From contig OZ176055.1 in NCBI GenBank assembly GCA_964247055.1, positions 310,001-374,000 on the forward strand: a stretch of 64,000 nucleotides of DNA. The letters run 5' to 3'. Source of the stretch: Paragordius varius (lineage: Eukaryota; Animalia; Nematomorpha). Made by a program: the position numbers and the translations under genes. Below, piece after piece: positions 23,585 to 35,800 of the stretch (position 1 is its first letter; the number at the start of each line of letters is the position of its first letter). The notes beneath the pieces are model-generated. The model was given only the letters and a program-made list of their open reading frames with translations. It did no database searches and was not told where the DNA came from.

Positions 23585-24930
23585 ATATTATCGTATCATA
23601 GTGTTTTTCATCCACTTATCACTGAAACCGCCACTTTTCTGCAATAAGATAGATGGAATGTATGCTGGAGTTTATTCTAGCTGAGACTTAATTCGAAACC
23701 GATTTTTTTGGACGGTTTTTGGTAAGACTTGGCTAATTATAACAATCCATTTTTAATCGTATTAGTGCGTTTTCATCCCCTCATCACTGAAACCGCCACA
23801 TTTCTGCAATATGATAGAGAGAGTGTATGCGGTGGTCATTCTGGCTGAGCAATACAAAACTAATTTTGCTGGAGGCTATTGTAAGAGTTGGCAAACTTTG
23901 ATGCAACAGTCCATTTAGATAATGGTATTATATTATTTTACGTCTCATCACCGACACCGCCCCTTTTCAGCAATATGTTAGATAGGTTACATCGTTTTCA
24001 TTATTATAACTGACAGTTCATCTAAAATTTTGCTCGGTTTTTGTAAGACTGGCTAACTTTGATATAACAATCTATTTATATTATCGTATTATTGCGTTTT
24101 CATCCACTCATCACTGAAACCGACACTTTTCTGCAATAAGGTAGATGGAGTGTATGCTGGTGGTTAATCTGGCTTAGAGTTAAATCGGAACAGATTTAGC
24201 GCGACGGTTTTAAGACATGGGTTGATATAACAGTTTATTTAGATTATCGTTTTATAGTGTTTTACGTTCACTCATCACTGAACCGCTCACATTTCTTGAA
24301 TAAATAGATAATGTGTAGGTGATATATCTAGAAATATAATTACAGATTTTGCTACTCTATAAATTATCGTATTAATGTGTTTTACATCGCTGAAACCGCC
24401 ACTTTTCAGCAAAATGTTAGATAGGGTATATAATTTTAATTATTATAACTGAGAGTTCAGTCGAAAGAGATTTGGTTCAGGTTTTTTAGTAAGACTCGGT
24501 TAACTTTGATATAACAGTCCATTTAAATTATCGTATTATTGTAATTTATAAGCAATCGTCACCAAAACTTTTTTAAGCATTATGTTAGATGGAGTATAAA
24601 ATTTTGATTATCATAACGGATCCTTCGAAACAGATTTTGGTGGAGGTTTTTTGTAAGACTTGGCTAATTTTAATATAACAGTCCATTTAAATTATCGTAA
24701 CATTGCGTTTTACATCCACTCATCACTGAAACCGCCACTTTTCTGCAATAATATAGATGGGGTGATGTTGGTAGTTATTCTAGCTAAGAGTAAATTCGAA
24801 ACACATTTTGCTGGACGGTTTATTGTTAGACTTGGCTAACTTTGATATAAAAGTCCATGATTATCGTATTATTCTGTTTTACATCCACTCATCATTTAAA
24901 CCGCCACTTTTCAGCAATAAGATAGACGAA
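23585..24930 (+). repeat. Satellite DNA, ~165-170-bp monomer, left block (about 8 more-diverged copies)
   Basis: Tandem unit TTAGACTTGGCTAACTTTGATATAA..GTCCAT..TTATCGTATTATTGTGTTTTACATCCACTCATCAC..AAACCGCCACTTTTCAGCAATAAGATAGATG..GTGT.TACTGGTGGTTATTCTAGCTGAGAGTTAATTCGAAACAGATTTTGCTGGACGGTTTATTG. Confidence 0.95.
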
Positions 24931-26403
24931 GGCCCATGTGAATGAGCCAGTTGAGCAGGCTTATTCACCACTTTTAATGATCCAGGTGAATGAGCCTTCC
25001 TCGTCCTGTTGAGATGGAGGAATTTTTAATCCTGGTTTTTTCAGGATTAAGCTTGTTACAAAAGCCGATATCTCGAGAACTAGGAAGAATTTTTAATATC
25101 TGCAAACTGTATTAGCCTTAATAAAGTATATCTAATATATGTATATGGTAGGTTTTGGAAATTTTGGACATGGATTAAAAAATATTTTTCGGGCAAATGC
25201 TTACTAAAGGTTAGATGCTTTATTTTTATATATTTAGGCAAGAAATGGTAGTTAGTTCGAGTTTATAAGCAAGTTTAACTGAATATTTAGAAAATTATGT
25301 ATAACTACTGATATGTTTCTTCAAGAATTTAGAATATGTCATCAAATAATTTTTTTCTCACTTGAAACCATTCTAAATGGTAAAATAATCAGGAATACTA
25401 TCGAGTATTTTAAATTTGGTTTATTTTAGACATGAAACTCTGCTACTTACTAATGATAATCGGAGTATTCGGTAATACATATTTCTATAAAAGCGATAGG
25501 TAACATTGACGAAAATGAGTTAGCAAACTTTTATCAGAAGATCAGACAACAGCTATATTGAAAAGCCATCAGGCAGGATTAGATCGGAGAAACGAAATTT
25601 GACATAATTTTATTGATAATTTATTTTTACTCAATAAATGAATTATTTTATAAATGTATTATTGCTTTGGCTCAGTTATTGTGATTCCATGGATTAATTT
25701 ACTATATATGTCTCTATCATTTGATGCGTTTCGAGGTATGTTCCGGAATTTAAAGTCTTATTCTATGATTTGAGTCCAAGTTGTTTTAGTCGGTTAAGAG
25801 CAGAAATCTGTAAATCAAGAGTTTCTTTTGCAGGTGAGTCTATACTGGATCTGTCTATGTGTCCAAAATACCGAAGTCTATTTGTTCTGATAAAAGCTGT
25901 TATTGGTTCTAGTTCAATGGTAGAATTTATCATCATATAGCATTTTGTCTTCCGTTCTTTTCAATCTCGATTCTAATGTTTTTGTGATTGCCCAATTTAA
26001 ATATTGATCATTTCTTCGGCTAAAGCCTCCCAGACCTTAAGCTTTTCGTCATTGCAGAATTTATTTACGGATTCATAAAGATGCACAGATATTTCGAAAT
26101 TATTTAGACAAAACTTTAAGACCCGCATATAAATCGCGTGTAACTGTTTTCATCATATTGATAAAAATACAAAACAGGCCTTCGCCATTGCTAAATTTAT
26201 TTACGGTATTCATAAAGATGGATATATCTATAAATTATTTGAACAAAATAACCTAAATAGCGTGTAGAACTGTTATCCATCATACTGATAAAAATTTTTA
26301 AAACTCCCACCTCAAAAACTCAATCACCTCCCTCAAACATATGCTTCCTCATAATCCATAATCCAGGTGAATGAGCTTGAAAATTGGCTCATTCACATGG
26401 CCC
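24931..26403. mobile_element. Non-autonomous PIF/Harbinger-like DNA transposon (1473 bp) inserted in the satellite
   Basis: 19-bp TIR GG(C/G)CCATGTGAATGAGCCA at both ends. A 3-bp target duplication GAA (24928-30 and 26404-06) splits one satellite monomer at GATAGATGAA^GTGT. The superfamily call rests on the 3-bp TSD and GGNCC termini. Confidence 0.75.
25763..25936 (-). pseudogene. Fragment resembling the C-terminal end of an RTE-like LINE ORF
   Basis: 58-codon frame MMINSTIELEPITAFIRTNRLRYFGHIDRSSIDSPAKETL.. resembles the post-RT RLRWFGH..R motif of RTE/CR1-type LINEs. Motif recognition only. Confidence 0.5.
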
Positions 26404-29400
26404 GAAGTGTGTACTGGTGGTTATTCGGGGTGAGAGTTAATTCGAAACAGATTTTGCTAGACGGTTTATTCATAGGGTTGTCTTTTGATTTAAAAGCGCA
26501 TGATTATCGTATTATTGTGTTTCACATCCACTCATCACTTAAACCGATGCTTTTCAGCAATAGATATATGAAGTGTGTACTGGTTGTTATTCTAGCTGAG
26601 AGTTAATTCGAAACAGATTTTGCTGGACGGTTTATTGTTAGACTTGGCTAACTTTAATATAAATGTTCATGATTATCGGATTATTGTATTTTACATCCAC
26701 TCATCAACTAAACCGCCACTTTTCAGCAATAAGATAGATGAGTACTGGTGGTTATTCTAGCTGAGATTTAATTCGAAACAGATTCTGCTGGATGGTTTAT
26801 TGTTAGACTTGGCTAACTTTGATATAATAGTCCATGATTATCGTATTATTAAGTTTTACATCCAATCATCACTTAAACCGCCACTTTTCAGCAATAATAT
26901 AGATGAGTACGGTGGTTATTCTAACTGAGAGTTAATTCGAAACAGATCTTGCTTGACGGTTTTTGTTAGACTTGGCTAACTTTAATATAAAACTCCCTGT
27001 TTATCGTAATATTGTGTTTTACATCCCCTCATCACTTAAAATTCCAATTTTCAGCAATAAGATAGATAAGTACGTAGGTTATTCTAGCTGAGAGTTAATT
27101 TGAAACAGATTTTGCTTAACGATTTTTGTAGACTTGGCTAACTTTGATATAAAAGTCCCTGATTATCGTATTATTGTGTTTTAAATCCACTCATCACGTT
27201 AAAAGCAACTTTTCAACAATAAGATAGATGAGTACGGTGGTTAATCTAGCTGAGAGTTAATTCGAAACAGATTTTGCCGGCCGGTTTATTGTTAGACTTG
27301 GCTAACTTTGATATAAAATTCCATGATTATCGTATTTATGTGTTTTACATCCACTAATCACCTAAACCGCCACTTTTCAGCAATAAGATAGATGAAGTGT
27401 ATACTGGTGGTTATTCTATCTGAGAGTAAAGTCGGAACATATTCTACAGGATTGTTTATTGTTAGACTTGGCTAACTTTAATATAAAAGTCCATTATTAA
27501 CGTTTTATTGTGTTTTACATACTCATTACTTAAACCGCCACTTTTCAGCAATAAGATAGCTTAAGTGTGTACTGGTGGTTATTCTAGCTAAGAGTTAATT
27601 CGAAATACATTTTGCTGGGAGTTTATTGTTAGACTTGGCTAACTTTGTTATAAAAGTCCATTATTATCGTATTATTGTGTTTTACGTCCACTCATCACTT
27701 AAACCGCCACTTTTCAGCAATAAGATAGATGAGTACTGGTGGTTATTCTAGCTGAGAGTTAATTCGAAACAGATTTTGCTCTACGGTTTATTCTTAGACT
27801 TGGCTAACTTTGATATAAAAGTCCATGATTATCGTGTTATTATGTTTTACATCCACTCATCATTTAAACCGCCACTTTTCAGCAACAAGATAGATGAAGT
27901 GTATACTGGTGGTTATTCTACCAGAAAGTTAATTTGAAACAGATTTTGTTCGACGGTTTTTTCTTAGACTTAGCTAACTGTGATATAAAAGTCCATGATT
28001 ATCGTATTATTGTGTTTTACGTCCACTCATCACTTAAACCGCCACTTTTCAATAATAACATAGATGAAGTGTATACTGGTGGTTATACTAGCTAAAAGTT
28101 AATTCGAAAGAGATTTTGCTGGACGGTTTATTGTTAGACTTGGCTAAGTTTGATATAATAGTCCATAATTATCGGATTATTTTGTTTTACATCAACCCAT
28201 CACGAATACCGCCATTTTCCAGGTAAAAGATAGATGGAATGTATGTGGTCATTTTTTAGCTGTAAGTTCATTCAAACAGATTTTGCTGGACGGTTTATTG
28301 TTAGAGTTGGCTAACTTTGATATAAAAGTCCATGATTATCATATTATTGTGTCATTCACTAATCACTTAAACCGCCACTTTTCAGCAATAAGATAGATGA
28401 AGTGTATACTGGTGGTTATTCTAACTGAGAGATAATTCGAAACAGATTTTGCAGGACGGTTTATTGTTAGACTTGGCTAACTTTGATATAAAAGTCCATG
28501 ATTATCGTATTATTGTGTTTTACATCCACTCATCACTTATACCGCCACTTTTCAGCAATAAGATAGATAAAGTCTATACCGGTGGTTATTCTAGCTGAAT
28601 TCGAAACACATTTTGCCGGACGGTTTATTGTTAGACTTGGCTAACTTTGATATAAAAGTCCATGATTATCGTATTATTGTGTTTTACATTAACTCATCGC
28701 TTAAACTGCCACTTTTCTATATAACATAGATGAAGTGTATACTGGTGATTATTCAAGCTGAGAGTTAATTCGAAACACATTTTGCTGCACGGTTTATTGT
28801 TAGACTTGGCTAAGTTTGATATAATAGTCCATAATTATCGGATTATTTTGTTTTACATCAACCCATCACGAATACCGCCATTTTCCAGGTAAAAGATAGA
28901 TGGAATGTATGTGGTCATTTTTTAGCTGTAAGTTCATTCAAACAGATTTTGCTGGACGGTTTATTGTTAGAGTTGGCTAACTTTGATATAAAAGTCCATG
29001 ATTATCATATTATTGTGTCATTCACTCATCACTTAAACCGCCACTTTTCAGCAATAAGATAGATGAAGTGTATACTGGTGGTTATTCTAACTGAGAGATA
29101 ATTCGAAACAGATTTTGCAGGACGGTTTATTGTTAGACTTGGCTAACTTTGATATAAAAGTCCATGATTATCGTATTATTGTGTTTTACATCCACTCATC
29201 ACTTATACCGCCACTTTTCAGCAATAAGTTAGATAAAGTCTATACCGGTGGTTATTCTAGCTGAATTCGAAACACATTTTGCTGGACGGTTTATTGTTAG
29301 ACTTACCTAACTTTGATATAAAAGTCCATGATTATCGTTTATTGAGTTTTTCTTCCACTCATCACTTAAACCCCCACTTTTCAGCAATAATACAGATGAA

Positions 29401-30045
29401 GTGTATAATAGTGGTTATACTAGCTGAGAGTAAATTCCGAACACATTTTACCGGATGAATTATTGATAGACTTGGCTAACTTTTATAAAAGTCCATGATT
29501 ATCGTATTATTGTGTTTTACATCCGCTCCTCGCTTAAACCACAACTTTTCAGCAATAAGATAGAAGAAGTGTATAATGGTGCTTATACTTGCTGAGAGTA
29601 AAGGGAACACATTTTACTGGATAGATTATTGTTAGACTTGGCTAACTTTTATAAAAGTCCATGATTATCGTATTATTGTGTTTTACATCCACTCATCACT
29701 TAAACCGCCACTGAAGTGTGTACTGGTGGTTATTCCAGCTGAGATTTTATTCGAAACAGATTTTGCTGGATGGTTTATTGTTAGTGGCTAACTTTGATAT
29801 AATAGTCCATGATTATCGTATTATTAAGTACATCCACTCATCACTTAAACCGCCACTTTACAGCAATAAGCTAGATGAAGTGTATACTGGTGGTTGTTCT
29901 AGCTGAGAGTTAATTGGAAACAGTTTTTGCTGGACGGTTTATTGTAAGACTTGGCTTACTTTGATGTAGCAGGCAATTATTATCGCATTATTGTGTTTTA
30001 CATCCACTCATCACCGAAACTGCCATTTCTCAGCAATATGTTAAA
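26404..30045 (+). repeat. Satellite DNA, ~165-170-bp monomer, right block (about 22 copies, more homogeneous)
   Basis: AGACTTGGCT anchors at 27631, 27796, 27966 and 28136 give periods of 165-170 bp. Confidence 0.97.
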
Positions 30046-31408
30046 TATAGCATGTTGGTCAGATTAGAGGCAATTAAAAAACACTTTCTCACACTGAATC
30101 TAAGATTCGTTTAGCGAACATGTCTTTGATTATTCTTTAAATTTTCTTAAATCTTACACTTTTTAATTCTTTAATAATTTTGTCAATTAATCGAACACAT
30201 AAGTAATTTTTAAGAATGCCCCAAATTTTTTAAAGGCCTTAAATTTTATTACAATATGTAAAGAATTCACATTTTAATAGTGTGTAATTAAAATGCAAAG
30301 AAATTTATTTAATATAATTAACTTGAATTTCTGCTAAACAATTTTATAATTTTATAAAGCTTTTATTTTAAACACTTTTGTTTCATCATATTTTTAAAAT
30401 ATCTTTCAAAATTTACTAAATTTCTCGAATATATTCCTATAAAACTAGCAAAATATTATTTAGAAAAGAAAATTTGTTTTAATGCTATATCCAAAGCGGT
30501 TTTATACCGTTTCCAGAATGCTTTGAAATAGCGTAAATTACGCTTTAACAAAATTTTGATTGAAAAAATTATCTTTTGGACAAAGTATGCATTTTTTATA
30601 AAATTGTTTTGATGCCATAATCTGACATAATCGAAAAATTCCAGATTTTGTGCGTTTATTTTAAGAAAACTCGCCTATTTTGTTATAGTTATAGTGTACA
30701 TTGTTGATATTTTTTCACTGAAGCATTGGAATATTGTGAGTAAATATACAATATCGATATGCGACAATTACGTCAAAAGGTGTAAATATATTTTAAATAA
30801 AAGATTAAAACTAAAAGCAATATGACCGATGCATTTTTTAATCAGAAAATGGCTTTTTAGATATTTTTATGTGTCGGTTTACCACAGACTACCAAATAAT
30901 ATGTATTATGGTTAAAAATCTAAATAAGCATTTTAAGCTAATTACTTTTTATAAATTATCCATATTATCGGGCTTAAGAATTATTTGGAACTCTACAACT
31001 GTAAATTTTATAGCCTTTTGTGTAATGGAGAACAATGTTAGCATAAATAACCAAAACAACTTTTCATAACTTCAATTTTGTTAAAAGTTTTTTTGAGGTA
31101 TAAACCTACCTATATGTTATTGTCTATAAAAAAGGAAACGGTAATAAAGTTATGATAAATAGACTATGATACATAAATATAGCAAAAACAGTATATAAAT
31201 TTATACCGATCCCCAATACCATAAAAACGTATAATTTGTTGGCCATGTCTTCCGTGCTGTTCATTTGATTTGAAGTATTTAAAAAATAAATTTTAATATT
31301 GAAATTTGTTTGAAAAACATTAAATTTATTAAATGATTGTTACTCAAATCATAAATAATGTTGACATGCTTTAAAAAATTAGCTATTAATGATCAAAAAA
31401 TGTTATTA

Positions 31409-31655
31409 CAGTAAAAATTGATATAACAATGAAAAAAAATGTAAAAAACTAAAGGACAAGTTTTTCTAAAAAAGACAACCATACTTTCTATTATCTAAAT
31501 ATTCATACATAACTAATATTTATATAATTGAGTGTATTATCAATATACTACATCTCTGGTTCCCGTTTCGCAACCCAAAGATGAGTTATTATTTAAAAAA
31601 AGATATGTTTTTGAAATACTTTTAATTTTGTCATTTTGTCTGTGTAAAACCTACT
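31409..31655. mobile_element. MITE family A, degenerate copy
   Basis: TA-CAGTAAAAATTG left end and AAAAGACAACCATACT segment; the right TIR is decayed. Confidence 0.6.
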
Positions 31656-31675
31656 GAAGATTTCTTTTACAAATA

Positions 31676-31869
31676 CTGTATGAGTAGGTATACATTGCTA
31701 GAAAGTTATTAATTATTGCCAAGTGGCATATACAACAAAGGGCAGTATTATTGGCTTACATTTATTTTTTCAATTTTTATTATTATTAGCCAATAATAAT
31801 TATGCCTTTGAATATGCTATTCGGGGCAATAATTAATAACTTTATAGCAATGTATACTTACTCATACTG
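31676..31869. mobile_element. ~195-bp palindromic MITE, TA-flanked
   Basis: C(T/A)GTATGAGTA(G/A)GTATACATTGCTA..AAGTTATTAATTATTGCC is inverted at the right end. Confidence 0.75.
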
Positions 31870-32171
31870 TATATTAATGCATATTTATTGAAAAAAAAAC
31901 AATTATTAAATGATAACTTATGATAGGTTTAATTTTAAATAGATACTCTGTTACCTCCAATTTTGTAAGATATCCACCTACCTAATATAAAGTTTAATAT
32001 TTATATCCAAACTAATTGAATGTTTTTAAGAAAATTGGCTAAATAATACTAAGTATACATATCTTTATAGAGGTGTCATTGAAAATTGTTTCATTGTCGT
32101 AAGGACTTAAAGGATGTTAAGAGGGAATTTTTTTAATTTAACACAATAGATTCCTAGATCAAGTGGAATTA

Positions 32172-32445
32172 CAGTAAAAATTGGAATTATTCGGAAAAAA
32201 GTTAAGATATAAAGATAAATATTCTTTTCTAAAAAACAACCATATTTTTAAATCTTTTAAAAATTTAAAAAATTGTTTTAAATTGCAAAGTACACAATAG
32301 AGATGTATATTGGTAACAATCAATTATACAATTGAATGATTTATATAGGATGAAATGAGGTTTAAAAAAGTATGGTGTTGCCTTTTTAAAAAAATATTTG
32401 TCTTTACATTTTTGCGTTTGTTCTCTATAATTTCAATTTCTACTG
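32172..32445. mobile_element. MITE family A copy
   Basis: TA-CAGTAAAAATTGGAATTAT ... ATAATTTCAATTTCTACTG-TA. Confidence 0.85.
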
Positions 32446-32741
32446 TAATTGTTGTCTTTTATTATATAAAATCAGCTATATTTTTAAAAATAATTTATCG
32501 AATATTAGTATTCTTATCGTAAAAAGATTTTGCATCTTTCTCCCAAAAAAATATTTTTGTTCTGATTGCTACCATTTGCTCGACTAATTTCAATATCAAG
32601 AAAGTCGAATTATATATGAATAAGTATTTACTCTTATTAGTACAAAAAAATTTCAAAATTATTTCGAATAAAGTGTCAAATAAAAGAATTTTTAAAATCA
32701 TTTATATAGTTAATCTGGTTTATAACCAGGCAGTACATATA

Positions 32742-33099
32742 CCATTTACAGTTCAAATTCACCCTTAAACAATTCAAATTCACCCTTAAACAATTCAAAT
32801 TCACCCTTGAACAATTCAAATTCACCCTCGAACAATTCAAACCCTCAAATAAATAAAATGTTTTTTATAATTATCTATATTTTAATATATTTTTAAAAAA
32901 TAAAATTTTGTTTTAAATTAAAATAATACTGAAAAAAATAATTAATTATGCCATAAACATATATTTTATATTAATAATGGGTTATATTAGTTCGAAAACA
33001 CATAATTCATTTTTAGGGTGAATTTGAATTGTTTGAGGGTGAATTTGAATTGTTCAAGGGTGAATTTGAATTGTGTGGGTGAATTTGAACTGTAAATGG
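32742..33099. mobile_element. Foldback MITE family B, cleanest copy (358 bp)
   Basis: Perfect terminal inversion CCATTTACAGTTCAAATTCACCC / GGGTGAATTTGAACTGTAAATGG, TA on both flanks, and about 4 x 21-bp units per arm. Confidence 0.9.
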
Positions 33100-33407
33100 T
33101 ATATATAGGCATAATAATTTTGGTTAAATAAAATCGGTTCTATCTCCCTTCTTAAAAAATAGCCTGTAAAAGTAAAATGCTTGAATCGAAAATCTATTTT
33201 AGGTGTTTGCGTAGTCAATTTGGTGGATTCATTGACTAATCCTGGCATTTCGGTCATCTGTTCTTCAATAATAGAACCGGCAAAAATTAAAGCTCTTTTT
33301 ATGAATACCAATCAGTTTTGCTATTGAGTACCATCTTTTCAAATAATAAGCAACATGCAAAATTTTTTACAGTTAGTTGAAGAAGCGAAAAAGAGCTTTT
33401 TAACATG

Positions 33408-33729
33408 CAGTAAATATTGAAATTATATGGACAAAACTTAAAAATATAAAGACAAATATTTTTTTGAAAGACGACCATACATTTTAAATCTTGGTTGTTT
33501 AAAATATAAATAATTGTTAAAAATTGCAAAGCATGGAATAGAGATGTATATTGGTAACACAATCAATCATATATTTTATAATTGTAAATAAATAATTTTT
33601 ATAGGAAAAATTTAATTTTAAAGTAGAGTTGTTTAGAAGAAAAATATTAGTTTTTATATTTTTACGTTTTGTCAGTATAATTTCAGTTTTTATTGTATTT
33701 TAACATTCGGATAATTCCAATTTTTACTG
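33408..33729. mobile_element. MITE family A copy
   Basis: CAGTAAATATTGAAATTATATGGACAAAAC left arm; the right arm ends CAATTTTTACTG-TA with a partial duplication of the TIR. Confidence 0.75.
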
Positions 33730-34453
33730 TATTTAGTAAAATAATTAACTTAAAACATATGCACCCTGAAATAAGATTGCTAGCTTAAGAAAAATATAAT
33801 CCTTTCATAATATAATTACTAATATAATATAGCTGACTGACCAATGACCCCTGACCTAACCCGCATTCAAAAATATGGCGTATGAATTAATTTCTATTTT
33901 TAATATTATTATTCGAATTTTTATGTCTTCTCATGTTACCTACCGTTAACCACTTATTAATATTTTTCAAAGCTAATTTTAGTTATATGCGCTAGAGTGT
34001 TCATAAAATTTTATTTGGTAAATACACCTTTGAAATATAAATTAGGCAAAATTTATTAAATTATACTTTATATCCAATTTGAGTCTCACATATATTATTT
34101 ATGAGGAAAACAAAATTTTTAACATAGTTAACTTACTCAAACACACCCCTAGGATTTTTTTGGTTAATTAATAAATTTCTTGGATAAAAATATATAATTA
34201 GAATATATATATGGGATTTCGTTGCATTTTTTGATTTATCTAAAACGGCACTTTAAACCATTTTATATTATTTACAGATGCTATATATAGCGACCTATTA
34301 ATATTTTATTGGATAAAAAATTTTAGGTGGTTAATTACTTAATAAATTATTTATAGGTGTAAGAACCCCCCCAATTTTATGAATTTAAATATTTCTTGGA
34401 TAAATGATATACGAAATAATTGATAATCTATGAAATTACGCCCGTAAAAAATC

Positions 34454-35800
34454 ATGTCTTTCATGCAAAACCTTATATTGAGCGATGTTTGGTCCAAACA
34501 ATTTTATAATATATATCTCATAGCTCTGCCCATATTCATAACTATTGGGGTGGTTGGGAATGGTTATATTCTATACATATTATCTAGTCGATATTTCAAA
34601 CACCACATACAATATATCTACCTTAAAACGTACATTTGCTGTAATTTACTCATTTGTATAAATTATATCTTGCTCTATTATGAGTTTCGGCAAAAAATAT
34701 TTCATCCCTACAATTTATCACACAAAAAAATTTTAATGCGCTGGTGGCTTAATGTCATTTTTATCGTGTCGAAGAATGTTTTGTTAAAGACTTCCCTCAT
34801 ATCAAGTACCATTTATTTTTGTGAACGATATGCCTGTGCTATGTATCCCCTGTCATACGGACGCATTTTCCGTAAACCATGGTATAAATGGACCCCTGTC
34901 TTCATAATAACTGTCATGTTTGCTACATATGCCAATAAAACGACAGTCGCTACCCTTGATATCGGAGTTTATATGGTGGATAATGAAACTCATGTATTCG
35001 CTTCGCAACTTTTACAAACTACGCATAGGCCGGGACAAATGTCATCTTTTTTGGAGTCTCAAATAAAATTTACCACGCCCATGAGCCCTTTGGCCGTTAC
35101 AAAGGAAAAAGCTAACAACAATAAAACTCGTAGGTTAATTAGTGTGGTGGATACTAATAGTTCAAACAACAACGAATCCAAATTCCTGCTACCCGTATTC
35201 CATATGAAACGAAATGCTCAAGATAGAACTAATTCATTGTTCATTGGTGTACGTGAGGCCACCATTTATCTTATATGTTTACTCCCATTAATTGCCATAA
35301 ATATATTGCTATCATACAAAATTATACGGATTTATATCTCCTCTTGCCATCACAACCACATTTTTTCAATGCTAAAGAGAACTAATCAAGGCAATAGAAA
35401 TAATACGGTGTCCCCGTCGACTGCACTGCATCGTTTCCATGTAATGACCAACATGGCTATCGTATTTCCCCATTCGTCGTTTAAAACATTACGGAATTGT
35501 CGCAACAATTTGTCAACTATTAGGCGATGTAGGAATGGTACCTTATATCTTTCTATTCGACGTACTATTGGTTATGCCTTAGTCAATACCTTATCAATTT
35601 GTTTAATGGCTCCCTATGTAGTTAAGAAAGTTACGTACTTCCTCAACTACAGACAATGTTCCCAGCCTTGTCCAACCTTTGGATTTTATCATCCATATAT
35701 TGTTATGGCGGAATTTATTAATTATTCTTGCGTTCCACTTGCATACATATTTGTGGACGGGCATATAACCAAATATGTCATAAATACTTTCGAATGTTAA
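34454..35800 (+). CDS. Intronless orphan class A (rhodopsin-like) 7TM receptor, 448 aa
   Basis: Uninterrupted 1347-nt ORF in very AT-rich DNA with seven hydrophobic segments. TM1 GVVGN, TM3 end CERYACAMYP (E/DRY..P), TM5 LLPLIAINILLSYKI, TM6 CLMAPY, TM7 INYSCVPLAY. The ligand cannot be inferred. Confidence 0.85.
   Translation: MSFMQNLILSDVWSKQFYNIYLIALPIFITIGVVGNGYILYILSSRYFKHHIQYIYLKTYICCNLLICINYILLYYEFRQKIFHPYNLSHKKILMRWWLNVIFIVSKNVLLKTSLISSTIYFCERYACAMYPLSYGRIFRKPWYKWTPVFIITVMFATYANKTTVATLDIGVYMVDNETHVFASQLLQTTHRPGQMSSFLESQIKFTTPMSPLAVTKEKANNNKTRRLISVVDTNSSNNNESKFLLPVFHMKRNAQDRTNSLFIGVREATIYLICLLPLIAINILLSYKIIRIYISSCHHNHIFSMLKRTNQGNRNNTVSPSTALHRFHVMTNMAIVFPHSSFKTLRNCRNNLSTIRRCRNGTLYLSIRRTIGYALVNTLSICLMAPYVVKKVTYFLNYRQCSQPCPTFGFYHPYIVMAEFINYSCVPLAYIFVDGHITKYVINTFEC

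Noticed and set aside
26367-29906. Two similar ORFs (26367-26606 and 29718-29906)
   Set aside because: Chance open frames in satellite monomers.
23585-30045. Regular repeat array as a CRISPR locus
   Set aside because: The whole ~167-bp unit is repeated with no unique spacers, there are no cas genes, and the context is eukaryotic with introns.
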